A stretch of DNA of 64,000 bases from NCBI GenBank assembly GCA_000182565.2, contig KQ257455.1. One strand, 5' to 3'. Shown piece by piece: positions 14,524-27,167 of this stretch. The position numbers were made by a program, and so were the translations under genes. The stretch comes from Spizellomyces punctatus DAOM BR117. Its lineage: Eukaryota. The notes beneath the pieces are model-generated. The model saw only the letters and a list, made by a program, of their open reading frames with translations. It was not told where the DNA came from and did no database searches. The first letter of the stretch is position 1, and every line of letters starts with the position of its first letter.

Positions 14524-15257
14524 ATGTTAACCACTTGGACGGAAAAGGAGAAGCAACTCCTCGCCCATTGCATCCTTCAACATCCCGGATGGACAGATCA
14601 ATCGCTGTCGGAGGACATTGGTAGCAAGAATGTCGTAGAAGTTTCACTGTTTCTGGAAGAACTAAAGAAAACAGGTATGTAATGCATTCGACCTTGCCGG
14701 ACTTTGTGCTCACATCACAAAGTTCCCCACCTGGTACACCCCAAAGATGTGTCTCGAGATGAAATACGAAAGGAATGTAATGGCGACTGTGAAGTTCCTC
14801 TCAACCTTACTCCTGAACAAGAAATGGAATACCTGTCGTTTTTCAATCTACCCGGGTTGTTGCGAATAAGCCACGAGTAAGCCTTGTGACTTTTTGTACA
14901 AGAAGCCTATCTATTCTCATACAGTTACGGCCAAGTGTTTATCTAAAGGATCCAAACACATCGATGCAACGTTCCGCTGTCTTCAGTCTGTATTTGTCAC
15001 TCCGGACCTGGCTAACTCGTATAATCAGGACATCAGTGGCACTGGCGGTTGAGAGGCGCCGGCAGGGTATACAACTCTATGGACATAGGTCATTGCAGAA
15101 AAAAGGGGAGAGCGCCCTAGAGATTACATCGAAGGATGTTATCAACGCTTTGACACTCCTGGAGCCAGGATGTTTACCAGAAAGCGTAAACGAAGAGCTA
15201 CCAGAGGGCCAAGGGTGCCTCGATGCGGATCATGATGCACAGCAGGCCATTGTATAA
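14524..15257 (+). CDS. Putative Rrn5-like protein (SANT/Myb plus histone-fold-like helices), 3 exons, about 208 aa
   Basis: Exons 14524-14674, 14723-14876 and 14936-15257 join in frame via GT-AG introns: WTEKEKQLL...IGSKNVVEVSLFLEEL...FNLPGLLRISHDVYL...LRTWLTRIIRTSV...ITSKDVINAL. Confidence 0.6.
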
Positions 15258-15348
15258 ACATTGTATAATTCACCAAAACTTTTCGAAATACCAAAAAAGA
15301 CTCGGATTTAACCGTTATATGCTGCCACATTACTTTGGCTATTATTGG

Positions 15349-18300
15349 CTACGTGAAGGTTTCATCATCTGTTAACCCAGTTCCTCCTTGTCTCGTCTTG
15401 TCCTCTACGCCTTCCGTTGCCGATGACGGTATTTCCGTACTTTCGCCGCTGAATGAATCTGCCCGTAGATCATTCACCTCTGCCTGTTCCCCTTCAGCAG
15501 CATTCTCGTTCGCGCTTGCACCAATATTAGGAGGCACAGCGGGACTTCCTGTCTCCTCTCTGCTTATCATCCACCCACCCTCATGAGTGCTCACTTCGCC
15601 CTCGCCCATATCGATAGGTGCATCACATGTCGCCAGATCTGGTAGTCCAGAGTCTATGGGAGCCGAATCAATCCCTCCGCCCTCAGAGACTAGATCATCG
15701 CCGCCGCCTGCTACAAGGTTTCGCTGGCTCCCCCTGGGGCTGACGGGAATGCTGTGTATTCCTTCGGTACTTCCAGCTACGGAACTCCGACTGGCCGTTG
15801 CACTCAGGGCCTCCCGTTCAGTCATGATACCAAACGTTGTTCCGGTGCGTATGAGTAAAGAGTGCAGCACGAGTCTTACATCCGGTGTAACGTCTTGTAT
15901 GAGCAAGTTGACGACTTCCCCATAGAACAATGGCATTTGGCGTCGGAACTGATCTTCGTCAAAATCTACTAGAGCATTAAGAATGGTCACAACCACTGGA
16001 CGCCAGGCGTTCACGTTCCGACGTTTCGATTCTGGGTCGAGAGAGTTGTAGTGCATTAGGATGTCGTGGCTGAGTCTGTTGGCGCCAGCACATAATGTAA
16101 GTCATAGTAGAAAATGGAGACGTGAAAACAGTGCATTCGTCACTTACGGCACAAGTCGCTTTTCAATTTCTCCTCTCATGCCCCGTCTTTCAGCACTGAC
16201 ATCCAAATACATTTTGATGAGCACGCCGAGATAACTGGATACACTACTCGTCTCTTGTTTCAACAAATTTGGGAGTTGCCTCATAAAACCCATTCGATAC
16301 AAGGCCATCCTCAAATCCATATCTCCATTGAAAGCCCTCGCAAATCGATAACTTCGCTCCAAGCAGTCGATGAGGGTAAAGAGGTTTTTTGAACTCAAGC
16401 TTTGGTATACGGCGTCTTCTGGACCGGAAGTGAGGACTTCCTGTAGCGTTTGGATCACAAGCAGATGTAGCACACATTTTACAATAATCTGCTGGAATTC
16501 ACTCCTTTGTGGGCGCGGTCGTCGTGGGCGGGTATCGATAACAAGTCCACTTCCGTCTGGAGTTTGTATGATTGGCGTGCTTTCTTCGCCGCCGGCAGGG
16601 CCATCCCCAGAGTCATTAGGGTCGAAGAACAACGCATGCGGCGTTGTGACTTCAAACAAATGCACAAACATCGTGCAAACCTTTTCCCAAACTGCATCGT
16701 CCAGCTTTTGCACATTGCCTTCGATGAATTGCTGTAGACATGTGCTTCCAATCCTCGCTAAGGTTTCATTTTCTTGGGTCATGCAGACCGTCAAGAGTTC
16801 TAATACTCCATCGATCTGGAAATTAAGGGTATCGAAGTAATGACCGAACAGATCGATAAACTGTCGCAGAGCTTGGATAAGAGTGGTAGAAAGCCACACG
16901 GACATGTCCTCTCTATTTGCAAATTTTGTATGCTCCTGCCGGGATAATCGAAGGTCGTCGAAAATGGGAAACAGAACTCCTTTTGATATAACCTCCCAGA
17001 AATCTCGTGAAAAGGAAGCACCATATTGTTTTAGCGTATCGAATAGATAATTTAGGGCTCTGCATTTCATGAGTATAAAAAGAATATCAGCCGCATGGTT
17101 CCACCGGTACCTACATGTCACGGAAACGCGTACCTGGTTCTAACTTCTAGATCGCAGGTCATTATCACCTCATACAGTCCGAACAAAATTGGGAACCAAA
17201 ATCTGAAGCTTGGGTCATCTTCGGGAGCAACACCACCTCCCACTGGAATACCTGCAGGTTTGATGGGGCCAGCAGTCCCTGGTGTTGCCGATCCTGGGGT
17301 AGACGCCAAGAGACTTTGCTGTATAGACTCGGTCAGATTTTCATTTGAGCGCAACACGGCCATGCTGCTGACAGCATTGATAAGCAACTTGGAGCCTTGT
17401 TGCGTTTTCGACAGCTCGTAAATACGAGGAATAGACTGGCGGAGTATTTCGACCGACTGGAGACTCGTACGGCCAAATTTACGATTCTTGCAAAATTCTA
17501 CAAGGCAAGAGACAGAGTCTGGAAAAGTCTGGTTTGCTACCACGCTCTCAAAATTGTTCTTGAATATGCCCTTCACGATATCAAAGGCGAGTAGAACAAT
17601 GGGCTCTGAGACATCCGTTAACGATTAGTGAACAACTCGTGCCCCTCAATTGGCAACAGATCGCTCAATACGTACCATGTGTTTCTCGAGCAGCCCTTAT
17701 GAACGCCCCAAACATCGCTTTCCAACCACTTTTGATGCTTTTGCTTTTAGCTTGAATCATCTGCTGGAGACATGCCAACACCATATCCTTGATCTTAACA
17801 TCGCTGTTATTACCCAAAACATGCTCAAAGGGCCGCAAGAAGTCCTTCTGGAACTTGAAATTCGGCAATTCTTCTAATTCCAAGAACTTCATTGCCAGCT
17901 GTCGTAGTTTGTCAAGCGCAAAAAAGCCAACGTTGCTATTAGGGTGGCAGCCAACTTGGTTGAAGTGATCACCCAGGATGGCCCAAATATTGGACCATTC
18001 CACACGAATACGCTTCATGTTGTAGTAGGAAATTTCCACTAGTCGTTGTAGGCAGTACATGCGAGGGTGCTCGCGATCCGACGAAAACGTGATCTCATCC
18101 CAGGAAACTTCGCAGAGTGCGCGTACGAACGCAACAATGGCATACCCAGATAGCTTGACACTAGATGTGAAGATTCGATCCACCATTACTGTCATACCCT
18201 GAGAACCTGCCTCTGCTGCTGCTTCTTGCAAGAATCCTGTTCGCGTTATCGCATTAGATGATTCTCGGCGCTGAAGGCGATCTGTGGATGCTCTGGGTCG

Positions 18301-21300
18301 CGCCGCATCACTCTCATTCCCACTACCCACCACTTGCAGCCTCTCCAGCTGACTGACGCATAGGACCACATCCTTCCAATTCTCTCCCAGAAAATTTCCC
18401 TCCGTAAAAGCAATCTCTAACAGCGACTTGGTAGCCTCGAAGTTCTTCGCCCTCATTTCTTGCATGTTGCCCAACATTGTGAACTTGCTGAGGGTCGAGA
18501 TGAACGCCTTCTTCTCCAAATCCATATCAAATAAGCACGATATGTGGGTCGCGTGTTTAAACCCTTCCAACGCGACGATGATAGTCTCAACATCTTCGCT
18601 TTCTTGAAGCGGCCCGCTGATACCGGTCAAAATGCTCATCCAGATTATCTGGAACATCGCTTTAACATGTTCGTAATGACTAGCAACGAAGAAACCACCC
18701 GCAGGAGCTGCTTCCTTGCTAGCCCCTCCGGGAATAGTCGCCGTGCGCTTACTTTTCCCCTTCAGCATAGTATTAAAGATGGCTTCAGTCTTCAAGGCCA
18801 TCGTTTCGCTAGCTAGGGCAAAGTGTGCAACTTCCTTTTTATTGCTGCCGCTTCCACTGACTCCAGGTTTATCATTTGGCCCACCCGGACTCACTCCCGG
18901 AACAACCGGCTGCTCATCTTTCATCACGATTTCGTTTTGCGATATTTCATCAAAGATGGCTTCCAGAAATTCTTGCGCTAGATCTTGCCCGTTGTCAATT
19001 CCACGATTATTCTTGAGGAAATCTGCCTTCGTCATCCGTTTTTTTACTTGAGCATTATGCTGATCAGTATTTAGCATAATTACGGAGTAGGCGAGAACGT
19101 AAGCAGTGTCAGCGCTGCTGAAGTTTTGGGGATTTCCTTTCACATAGCGTTCTGCAAACTTCAGCATAAAACGATCTATCTTCTGCGCTTCACCGGGGAG
19201 TCTGAAACATTGCAAAAAGAGCCGGAGTGCATCTGTAAACGTCATTCCGGAAAACTCCATCTCGTCTACAAACGCGTGCATGATTGCAATATTTTCCTCT
19301 TCTCCTTCGCCGAGGAATTCGCCAATCATCGATTTGTTCAAACCATCCGTATGCAATAAAAACCTGGCAATATCCCGGGGAGTTCGTGACGCTATACAAC
19401 CAGAGTCGAGCAAATACTGCATTCCCTTCTTTGGCTTGAAGTTAAATCTTTTGATGCCTTCGCTGAGAACTTGCTTGCGATGCTTGAGCGTTTCAAACGC
19501 TGTCGGGTCATCTTCTATTTTGCGTCCGGGTTGTTGTCCAGTTCCTTTCTTTCCTTCTTCGTCCGTCACCAACCCTAGCTTTACCGAAGCCTCCGCTTCT
19601 TCACTCTTTCTTCCTCCTTTTTCTTCCTCAGCAGGGGCACCAGCGGCAGGCGCTCTCGCATTGCACCAAGCGACGAGCGGGCGTAGGACACCCCTCACCA
19701 TCAGTTCCAGCCCACGCTTTTTAAGTTCCCCATAGTCCCCAGTTGATGAATACAGCTCCCGCACTTGCTCTTTTGTGAAATTGGTAAGATTGGCAGTTGT
19801 TATCGCCGGTGGCATTGTATTTCCCCGCTGCGATTGTTGTTGTTGCTGCTGCGCTGGCCCAGTGGCAGGGACGGTTGTGCTTGTCTCGTGATGTTGCGTC
19901 ATGACTTTGGCCAGCGCATTGACCAGACGTTCCCAAATGTTCTCACGCGCCCCCGCTTCTACATCGCAGTCGTAGTTGAGATAAATTTCTACAAGGACCC
20001 GTCCTCCATCGGCCTGTGGATCGGACAGTATTCGCTGAAGAGCCTTCAACAAAGACGTGCGCTGGTGAAATGTTATGGATGATCTGGCTTCCACAATCGG
20101 GATAATTATTTCCGTGAAGATCACTGACAGTTCTTTCTGTTATAAATTACATCTGTAAGCGACTGGGCAGAAGCGACGTTCTCTTCCTGTAAAGGCCACT
20201 TACTTTCAACACGCTCCGAAGACCGATCAGCACTTTACCAAATATTTCCATGGATATGTCAAACACCTGTGGTACAACGCTGACTGCGTTCCGACTTAGG
20301 CTTAAGCACAGGTACTGCTTGACGGCATGAACAAACAACACTGCATTTGAATCAGCTTTTGTCTGAGTCCCCGGCGAGAATAGAACAGGGGCTGGAGTGA
20401 AGAAGATGTACATGTGTGAACCGAGAATAGTATAAACCAGATGCAGTGATAAGAGCTTTGATCGCATGGCGTGAGATTTGAGATCGGTTGCTCTGTACGA
20501 CAGTTAGTTCCTACTGTGAACGCACTGAATATGTTGCCAAACCTACCCCTCTGGTGCTGGTATTGGCTTCATGCTGAGCTTGCAAAGCGCTCGAAAAACG
20601 AGATACGCATCCTTGATATACTGTTCTGCAGCAGAGCCTTTAACCTTTTTTGAGGATTCGTTCAGAATGTCCTGAGAGCGGCGCTCTTCGTCAAGTCCCG
20701 TAGAGCTGCTGAAACGCCCGCAGTATCGCCATCGTAGCTCCTGAGGAATTTCATGTGTCAGCGTGTGGCGATGTCCAGAAATGAAAGTGAAGTACTTACA
20801 TGCTGTCGACGCTAGCGCTTCCCCTCATACCGGAACTTGCTACAGATGCGCGATCATCGTCTACGCTGGCCACCCCACCAGATGCCCTTGAAGGGGACTC
20901 ATCACCTTTACTTCCCCCATCCTCCATTGCAGGACTTTCGCTCTCCGTCGGCGATGCATCTTGTTCCGTAGAATCAGCACTGGCGCCTTGTGTCGGTATC
21001 TGCTCCACTTTCCCATCAGGCGCTGCAGTGGAACTTCGACTTCGGGTCTTATCATCATCAGCTTTGGGGATGTCCTTCGGCACTCGGCCGAAGACAGCCT
21101 GAACCATCTGCGTTAGAGTGGCCTGGGCCACTATTTGGGTATTGGCCGATTTTGAGAGGAGAAAGATGTTGTAAGTCGTTCTGACCGCTTTCAAAAGTAC
21201 GCCTCCGTGGATAGCCGCAGTCGGATCAGCATTAGAAACAGCGGCTAAAAGGGCCTATTGATAAATGATCCCATCAATAACCTGCGTGGATCCACATGCA

Positions 21301-22019
21301 TAACTTCAATGAGCCTCTAGCACACCTTCACAATCTGCAGCTGCACCTTCTCATCGGTATTTTCTCCCCCACCAAAGGTATCGCATATGGTGTCCACAAC
21401 TAGAGCAACCATAGAGCCGCCCCCTTCAGCATTGCTTTCCATGCTGCTCCGATCGTCGTCTCCGGAAAGCCGATTTGATCCGGGTTCCTTTCGCGGAACG
21501 TCCATATCAAAATCTGCTACAGATCCTCCAACAGCGGCATCACCCTCAAGGAGAGCATCATGTCGGCCCCAATAATTGTATGTGAACAGTTTTCCCAGGC
21601 AGTCAATGGCGATTGTCGCAAGGGTGGCCTGTCTTGAGCGACAAGCTATTTGAAAAGGGGCGAAAATTGTTTGTATTGTCTGAGCATCCATAGCAGGGTG
21701 ACTACTGGGTGATTCAAGCGCCTCTAAAAGGACACAAGAACTGCTTAGTGCTCCAGAGTCGAATTTGCCTATGTTGCATCGGAGCCTCACCTAAAGCGGA
21801 CTTTGATGCATCTCTGAGATTATTCAGCTTCTTTGCCTCCTTCGCACTTTGCATTTGCTCTAATGCTAGCTTGATAAATACATCGCTCGAGCCCTGCTGC
21901 AGATTTGGAGCCGGTGAGTTGCTGCCGGACATTGACGGTCTAGTGGCCGTTGGAGCTGACTGCGTTGGTTCTGGACTGTTCTTCCCAGAACTGTTAGATC
22001 CAAAAAAATTATTGAACAT
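15349..22019 (-). CDS. SEC7: Sec7/BIG-type ARF guanine nucleotide exchange factor, multi-exon
   Basis: Sec7 domain motifs FRLPGEAQKIDR and YVLAYSVIMLNTDQHN; HUS box YLNYDCD; HDS1 LQRLVEISYYNMKRIR; N-terminal DCB region. Confidence 0.97.
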
Positions 22020-22453
22020 CGTGGAATGGGTATGCTGGAGTTTGATGCTCCTCTAGTGTGGGAAAAACAATGTCGGAAAGCTTGTCGAAGGGACGGCTAC
22101 TTCTAAGATTTAGGCAATATATGTTCTTGGTGCAATAGGAGCTATCTACCACGGTCCTCGCAGGTGTCCGTCATTCCACCTCGCAGCCGTTACCGCGCTT
22201 ATAATTTAGGAAGAGCAGGTAAACGCGGAGGCTCTCCAATACTGGAGGTCCAGAATAGTTGCAATGGGAGGGATGTCCCGCCGCTTGCTTAGTCAGCGAT
22301 GCTGACTGGTTGTTGCCATAGATATCTGGTAAGGTTGGGGCTTCAGGGACGTTCTACTTGAAATCCTTCCCGTGCTTTTGTACAAGATGAACACTCACTT
22401 GCGTAATGGTGGCGGCGCAATGGAGGCACGGCCGAGGGGACTGATTATTGGAC

Positions 22454-22460
22454 TATAAAA
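22454..22460 (+). promoter_or_regulatory. TATA box (TATAAAA) upstream of the small gene at 22540
   Basis: Canonical TATAAAAG about 80 nt upstream of a CACC-ATG start. Confidence 0.55.
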
Positions 22461-22539
22461 GCAGGCGGGTTTTGCAGTACCAGCTGCAGTCATAGCTTGA
22501 ACCCAGCTGCACCTACGCGCAGATATCAACGCAAACACC

Positions 22540-22882
22540 ATGAGCCAAAAAAGCATGCGAGCATTCGAAGAACCCGCTCCAGCAAGAGCACATGGAGTCC
22601 CGCAAGATCATGATCCGCCACGACTTTCCACTCAGGGAATTGAACGAGACCCCAAAGTGGCCGCTTTGGCTGAGCTGGGACGTGGCCCACCCGCTGCGGA
22701 AGCAGCAAAGCACCATGTAGGTGACACTTGTACTTGGTCTTGGTGAGCATTCTCTGATGATGAATTTCCAAACATATCAGGCTCATGAACACGACCAAGT
22801 TCGTGACCACAAGTTACAACCCAACTCGAGCCACGATAACAAGGAAGCTCGTTTCCACCAGAATCGTCACCGTGTTCGTTAG
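22540..22882 (+). CDS. Small hydrophilic His/Arg-rich protein (92 aa), 2 exons
   Basis: Exon 22540-22716, 64-nt GTAGGT...TATCAG intron, exon 22781-22882 in frame: MSQKSMRAFEE...AAKHH-AHEHDQVRDHK...RHRVR*. Confidence 0.6.
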
Positions 22883-23134
22883 ACATTTGTAGTGGATTGC
22901 TGTATTGATCACACCACATTTATAGTGATTGTCAATAAAGAATATGGAAAAGACCAGATGTTATTGCTTTAGTAATGTCAGGCATCCTCGCATCCGATGT
23001 CGGTCACGTGTTCGCTTACCGCACAGATATCTTCCTGCAAGTCTGCTCACCGTTCTTTACAGCGGGCCCTTCCGAGGGCGATCGCATGGAAGGCGCAAAA
23101 CCTCGGTACTGCCGTCTCCCGTAATTTGATTACC

Positions 23135-25024
23135 ATGGAGATCCGGCAGATTCTCCTCCGACTTCTCTCCCGCCTTTGCCGACCGTTTGTCGCATGGCGG
23201 GCGCTCTTAGTTCTGGTTGTAGTTGGCCCCGTTGCCCTCCTACACTTTCGACTTTCGACACCTTCGCCTCATGTCAGCCGAGGAAAGCCGGTCCGATCGG
23301 AAGTGGTGAGACGATGGACGTCCTGGGACGTTGGATCTGGTGATCCACATTACAAAGAGTGTCCCGCAAATTGGGAGAAACATCCTGAGATCCAGGATCT
23401 GCGAAAGTTGATACCGCATGGGCGGAAGGGGGCTTTGGTAATACCATGGGTGGATACCAACCTAATGGTTGTCAAACCTGCAAAGACGATATGTGGGTGG
23501 TTGGTGATCAAAGGCGAAAAGAGTCATGACATAGTTGGAAAACGTTACTCAGCTTCCGAAGGGGATTTCTTCCCGCCACTCCCTCCGTTTCCGGTGGATG
23601 GGGTCACTATCACCGCCTTTGGAAAGCAAAACGGGTTTGAAGTGCCGATTTCGGTGTCAGATTCATTTGCTCGATATCCTGACAATGTAGAAGAATTCAG
23701 GATTTACGATGTAATAATTGCTTTGCGCGACCCGGATGTTTATAGATTGGAGGTGTTGCTTGAATATAGCGATTTAATCAATGCGGATGAGTCTCCACAG
23801 ACTTCCGAGACTCAGGCACACCTTCCCGTTGTTGTTAATCACGATGGAAAGCCTACCTTGTTCTCCATCCATGTGCAGGGAAAACCCCTATCGCGCTCCA
23901 CGTATCTTGGGCTTCCGCACTGTCAATCGTCAGACCACCCTGGGAGATGGGTGAATTCGTCTCTTCTCTCAAAGTCCCCTATCGCAAATTCCTGGATGTC
24001 CGATGAAGATGAGACTCATGAAGACTTGACCGAACCGCTACAGACCTACGACGCGCGTGTATGGGTTCCATTCGAATGTAGATACAGAAGATGGTCATAC
24101 AGAGCGTTTCGCGACAAATGTTTGGGGAAGTGGTATGGGTTGAGCCATTGGTGGGGAGATGGAAATGTTAGAAGGGCTCTGAAGGCATTGACAACAGCAG
24201 GGGCCTGGTGCAAAGAGTGGTACGATGAGGTATGCTGCGCATTGAGCATTTTTAGGGAGGCCAGATATTTTAACAGTAAATTATGACATGTCATAGAGCA
24301 CATCAGAGTGTCAGTGCGACGACCGGACGCTTGTCACTCCTCACATCGGTGATAGTGCGTCAGGATGGTCCGTCGTGCCCAAGGTAGCAGGTAGCACTAA
24401 CGCCACGATTATGTACGCATCTCTGGCTTCTTTCACTGCGGACACCATTGATTGGCAGGACTTGATGAATATAAATAAGATGAAGGAACAACTAAGGCCA
24501 CAGATAGCACTGGGGATGACTCGGATTGAGGCAACACCATCGGTATGCTGCCGGCCGCTAAAAACAAGTTCTCAGAAGGCGGTGTTTGCTGATGTCTATC
24601 CTTTCGTTAGGTCGTCATTGTTGGACTGCCGACCCTGGACACGACTACATCAACTTTATCCTCTGTGCATTCCACTCTCTCGTCGCTCACGCATGCCCTT
24701 CGCGCAACTTATGCCGCGCATGGCGTTCCTATTGTCCTTCGCACCCCACAGTATGCATCCTCACCCTCCACCCGTCTCCGCACAAAGCTCCTTTCGCAAT
24801 TCTTCGCCAAATCCATAACTGCCGTCTTAAGTCCATTTACCTCGGTTTATATCTGGGATGTGCACCATCTGGGAGATTTTGCAACTCAATCAGCAAAACG
24901 CAGGCTGGCGAAGTGTGACCTCGGTCACGCGTCTCGCGACATGGTGGAGTGGGAGAATCTGATATTGGAAAATGTCCTGTGTAATAAGTTGCTAATGCAA
25001 GAGAAAAAAGTGGAGCGGGTATAA
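23135..25024 (+). CDS. Type II membrane PC-esterase/NXPE-like (SGNH-fold) protein, multi-exon
   Basis: N-terminal TM anchor; GRWV, WVPFECRY, CL...WWGDGNVRR and C-terminal CDLGH...NLILENVLCN follow the PC-esterase/NXPE pattern. Confidence 0.6.
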
Positions 25025-25146
25025 TGCAGGGCCGAATTTTGTCACAAACATGACCCCTTGAATGGGATAACTCAACCTTAGAATTTTTACTGAATGATAC
25101 CCTGGAAGAGTGCACGTATATACGGAATAAATTAGTTATATCTAAG

Positions 25147-27042
25147 CTAGTCGTCACCACCAAATGCGAAGGAGAACCCCCGGCCCTCCGCTCCTATATT
25201 TATCCCCTCATCGCTCTTCATTATTCTATCCCAAAAAGATTCTCGCTTTTCTAGTCGGTTCACTATCTTAGCGTTCTCCTGGATATCATCCTTCGCTTCA
25301 ATATCATAGATCAGTCCTGGATTAATATGGTTGAGTGCTTCGGTAAATCGTTCGTACAGTTCTGTTCCATAACAGCTGCCCGAAACTTGATCTCTACGAT
25401 ATTTGAGAAATCGCAAGACCGAAGGCAGGTTTGAGGTTGCGACAAAGTTCTGAGTGAGTGCAATCGATGGTTCGAGATTCCTTCGCAAGCAAAGAACAGA
25501 AACGTTTTAGCGGCATATTACACTCGCCGCACTGCGTACTCGCAACCTACATGACACAATGCCACCAACCTATTAAATATCAGGCATGTCAGATCAAACT
25601 ATCTTCAAAACACGAAAGCGAGAGAGAACTGCATACCACAAGGTACAAACACCATTTCCCCTGCTCTACAAACACATTCAACTGGTTTCACCGGGCTGTT
25701 CTTGGTCTCCATGTAAAAATTCAGGAACCTGACGATGCAAAGTTCGGAGATACGAGTTATTATCGAAGCTTTATAAGCAAAGACCCACGAGACCAAACCA
25801 ACCACTCCGACAAAGACAAGGGGGTGGTCACTTCGCTCCCATCTGGGCTTGGAAAGACACCCGGTGGGACGACTTCAGGTGGGTACATCACCCACTTTTT
25901 AGCGCCAGTTATGACGGCGTTCCAGGCGCTGGCTACATAGACAAAGAAATGAGGAATCGCAAATGGCGAAAATCCTACTCAGAGGTAGTTACTTGAATTG
26001 GGGTCCACATGGAAGGTAGAACCACTCCGAGCAGGGCCGATAATCAACCATTGGTAATCTGGTCGTTGGTCACCCAAGACGCTGAAAAAATCCTCCTTAA
26101 AGTATAATGGCACATGGTAATCCTCGGCTAGTGTGGTATTCTCTGCAAACTTCTTGTCAAAAAGGTAGAGGGGGGCTGATAGTATGAAAATGCAATGATC
26201 AGTGAAGGGATCTGGCATTTCACCGACGTTTCCATACCCTCTTCGTTACACTGTTCTGCGTAAGTCACATAATCACGAAACGGTATATCGACCGATTCCG
26301 CTCGGAATATCTTGTCCCCGCAATGTTCCAACAAATACTCAGTAGACCATTTCCCATAGGCTGGCCACTTGGTAACGACATCAGTGATAATGACAGGTCT
26401 ATTTGGTGTGCCGTACTCCTTCATGAAAGTCTCATAAGTAAGATCCGACCGACGGTCAATGTTGTCCGTCTCTACTCCACAGAGTTCCCTTAACGGAGCC
26501 GATGCACAGCGAAAAGACGTAAATAATAAGTCTGAATAGAAACCGTCAACTTGGATAGGCTGGTCGCGGACAAAGGTTCGTTTCCTTTCGGCACATATTT
26601 TCTTTTTTAAAGTCTCTCGCCAATTGTACGCGAACGTACCCCATCCACCTTGTCCATAGAGCCGAACCGTCAGAGCCCGCCACAAGTCCTCGTGATAGGC
26701 AAAGCAGTACAGGGCCTTGCTACATTGCGCCAACCTGCAAAGTTCGGCGGGTTGCAGACGGGATAGAAGGTCCAGGACGAGTTCGTCAGACAGAGCAGCT
26801 GCATAACCTAAACCGGCTGACCGACATTCTCTTATGCCACGGGACGAGTCGAACAGGAAGTTTCCTAGAGGCTTAATACCCTGGGGGTGCTGCACCGTAA
26901 GAAGGTGCTTGCTTGACGGCGTATGTGCAATGGTGCGAGGGCGTTTTGATCGAGATGCTCCATTCAAGCTAGCTGGTGCAGATGCAATGGCTTGTTTGCG
27001 TTTTCGTGAAGCATCTTCAAATGGCGCCAACGATGCTGTCAT
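25147..27042 (-). CDS. F-box plus JmjC domain protein (JMJD6-related 2-oxoglutarate/Fe(II) oxygenase), multi-exon
   Basis: F-box LSDELVLDLL...LAQCSKALY; JmjC motifs PLYLFDK, PDYQWLIIGPARSGSTFHVDPN, GEMVFVP and IALTQNFV. Confidence 0.88.
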
Positions 27043-27167
27043 GTCTAGGTGGAAATTGGTGATCTCCAGGTTTTCTTCTTACAAACGCTTTCCTGATGAC
27101 TAAGCAGATGCTTAGTCGCCAGATCTTGTCACAGAAATACTCAATAACGTCAAACCCTTCACCAGCA

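Noticed and set aside
19830..19855. Poly-Gln tract in Sec7
   Set aside because: It is an ordinary short low-complexity linker.
15335..22056. Many plus-strand ORFs over Sec7, and similar antisense ORFs over LAA1, RPL4 and the LtrA-like gene
   Set aside because: They are antisense shadows of real coding exons with no recognisable motifs.
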